Source: a virus (Duplodnaviria > Caudoviricetes). From it: a stretch of DNA of 53,904 nt. Where the stretch lies: IMG/VR virus record IMGVR_UViG_3300034022_000969, positions 1 through 53,904 of that record; one strand, 5' to 3'. Within the stretch, counting starts at the first letter, position 1, and every line of letters starts with the position of its first letter. A model generated the notes under the pieces. That model had not been told where the DNA came from. It ran no database searches and worked only from the letters and a program-made list of their open reading frames with translations. Position numbers and translations under genes: made by a program. Of the stretch, positions 53,714-53,904 are shown piece after piece.

Positions 53714-53904
53714 CGGAAGAAATTACGCACGATTGGGATGAAGAAGACTACGCAACGTCTGTCAATGATGCTTACGACGAATACCGGAAAGCGTGTTACG
53801 GCGATTTCCGCTTGCAATTACATCAACTTCGCGAAACGAAACAGGCATTTCTCAGCGGTATTCATTGGCTGGCAGCACGCGATGACTATTCCCCGAATGA
53901 GCTT
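53710..53904 (+). CDS. Hypothetical protein (101 aa) spanning the circular junction, ending at TAA 189-191
   Basis: ATGA-coupled start; frame stays open through the 80-bp overlap: MTEEITHDW...NDTGNE. Confidence 0.75.
   Translation, partial: MTEEITHDWDEEDYATSVNDAYDEYRKACYGDFRLQLHQLRETKQAFLSGIHWLAARDDYSPNEL
53825..53904. repeat. Terminal direct repeat, right copy
   Basis: Identical to 1-80. Confidence 0.97.

Larger units (their letters stand above)
1..53904. mobile_element. Complete circular temperate tailed phage genome (siphovirus-like, HK97-type head)
   Basis: Terminase, portal, prohead protease, capsid, tail tube, frameshifted chaperone, tape measure, integrase, attP and replication genes are all present; terminal 80-bp overlap; no host housekeeping region. 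Confidence 0.95.

Noticed and set aside
1-53904. Alternative genetic code or intron/intein-split genes
   Set aside because: Core genes are full length under the standard code, all three stop codons end genes, and no intein or intron signatures were seen in terL, capsid or dnaN

Overview
This window is a complete circular genome (53,824 bp unique; bases 1-80 repeat exactly at 53825-53904 and an ORF reads through the junction) of a temperate, long-tailed HK97-type dsDNA phage. The host is probably a planctomycete; this is an inference from the csrA paralog, the stand-alone WYL-like gene and the exported-protein module, not from a search. Almost all genes are on the + strand. Order: envelope/lysis-position module (lipoprotein, papain-like protease, thioredoxin-like protein, membrane-anchored HNH, small TM proteins; no recognisable peptidoglycan hydrolase); an autoregulated HTH / PP-loop enzyme / micropeptide cassette; terminase; methyltransferase and heptose-kinase-like genes; portal, head, tail (-1 frameshifted chaperone, tape measure, tail-tip protein with long Ser-Gly tracts); GT9 glycosyltransferase, FkbM methyltransferase and a Cys-rich protein; an accessory region; attP and tyrosine integrase; then an early operon (tRNA-fMet-like, CsrA, AAA ATPase, RecE-like, RuvC-like, beta clamp, C5 and Dam-type methyltransferases, Gp37/68). 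Best candidates for new biology: (1) a virion heptosylation/methylation system acting on Ser-Gly tracts; (2) an attP that carries the 5' half of a tRNA-CAU plus an antisense arm that can pair with it only in the excised circle; (3) the PP-loop enzyme + 23-aa peptide cassette; (4) a protease-based lysis module; (5) a family of promoter-hairpin-U-tract leaders in front of late genes; (6) a tRNA-mimic and a second structured RNA at 44.4 kb. All family calls come from motif recognition by eye; no database searches were run.
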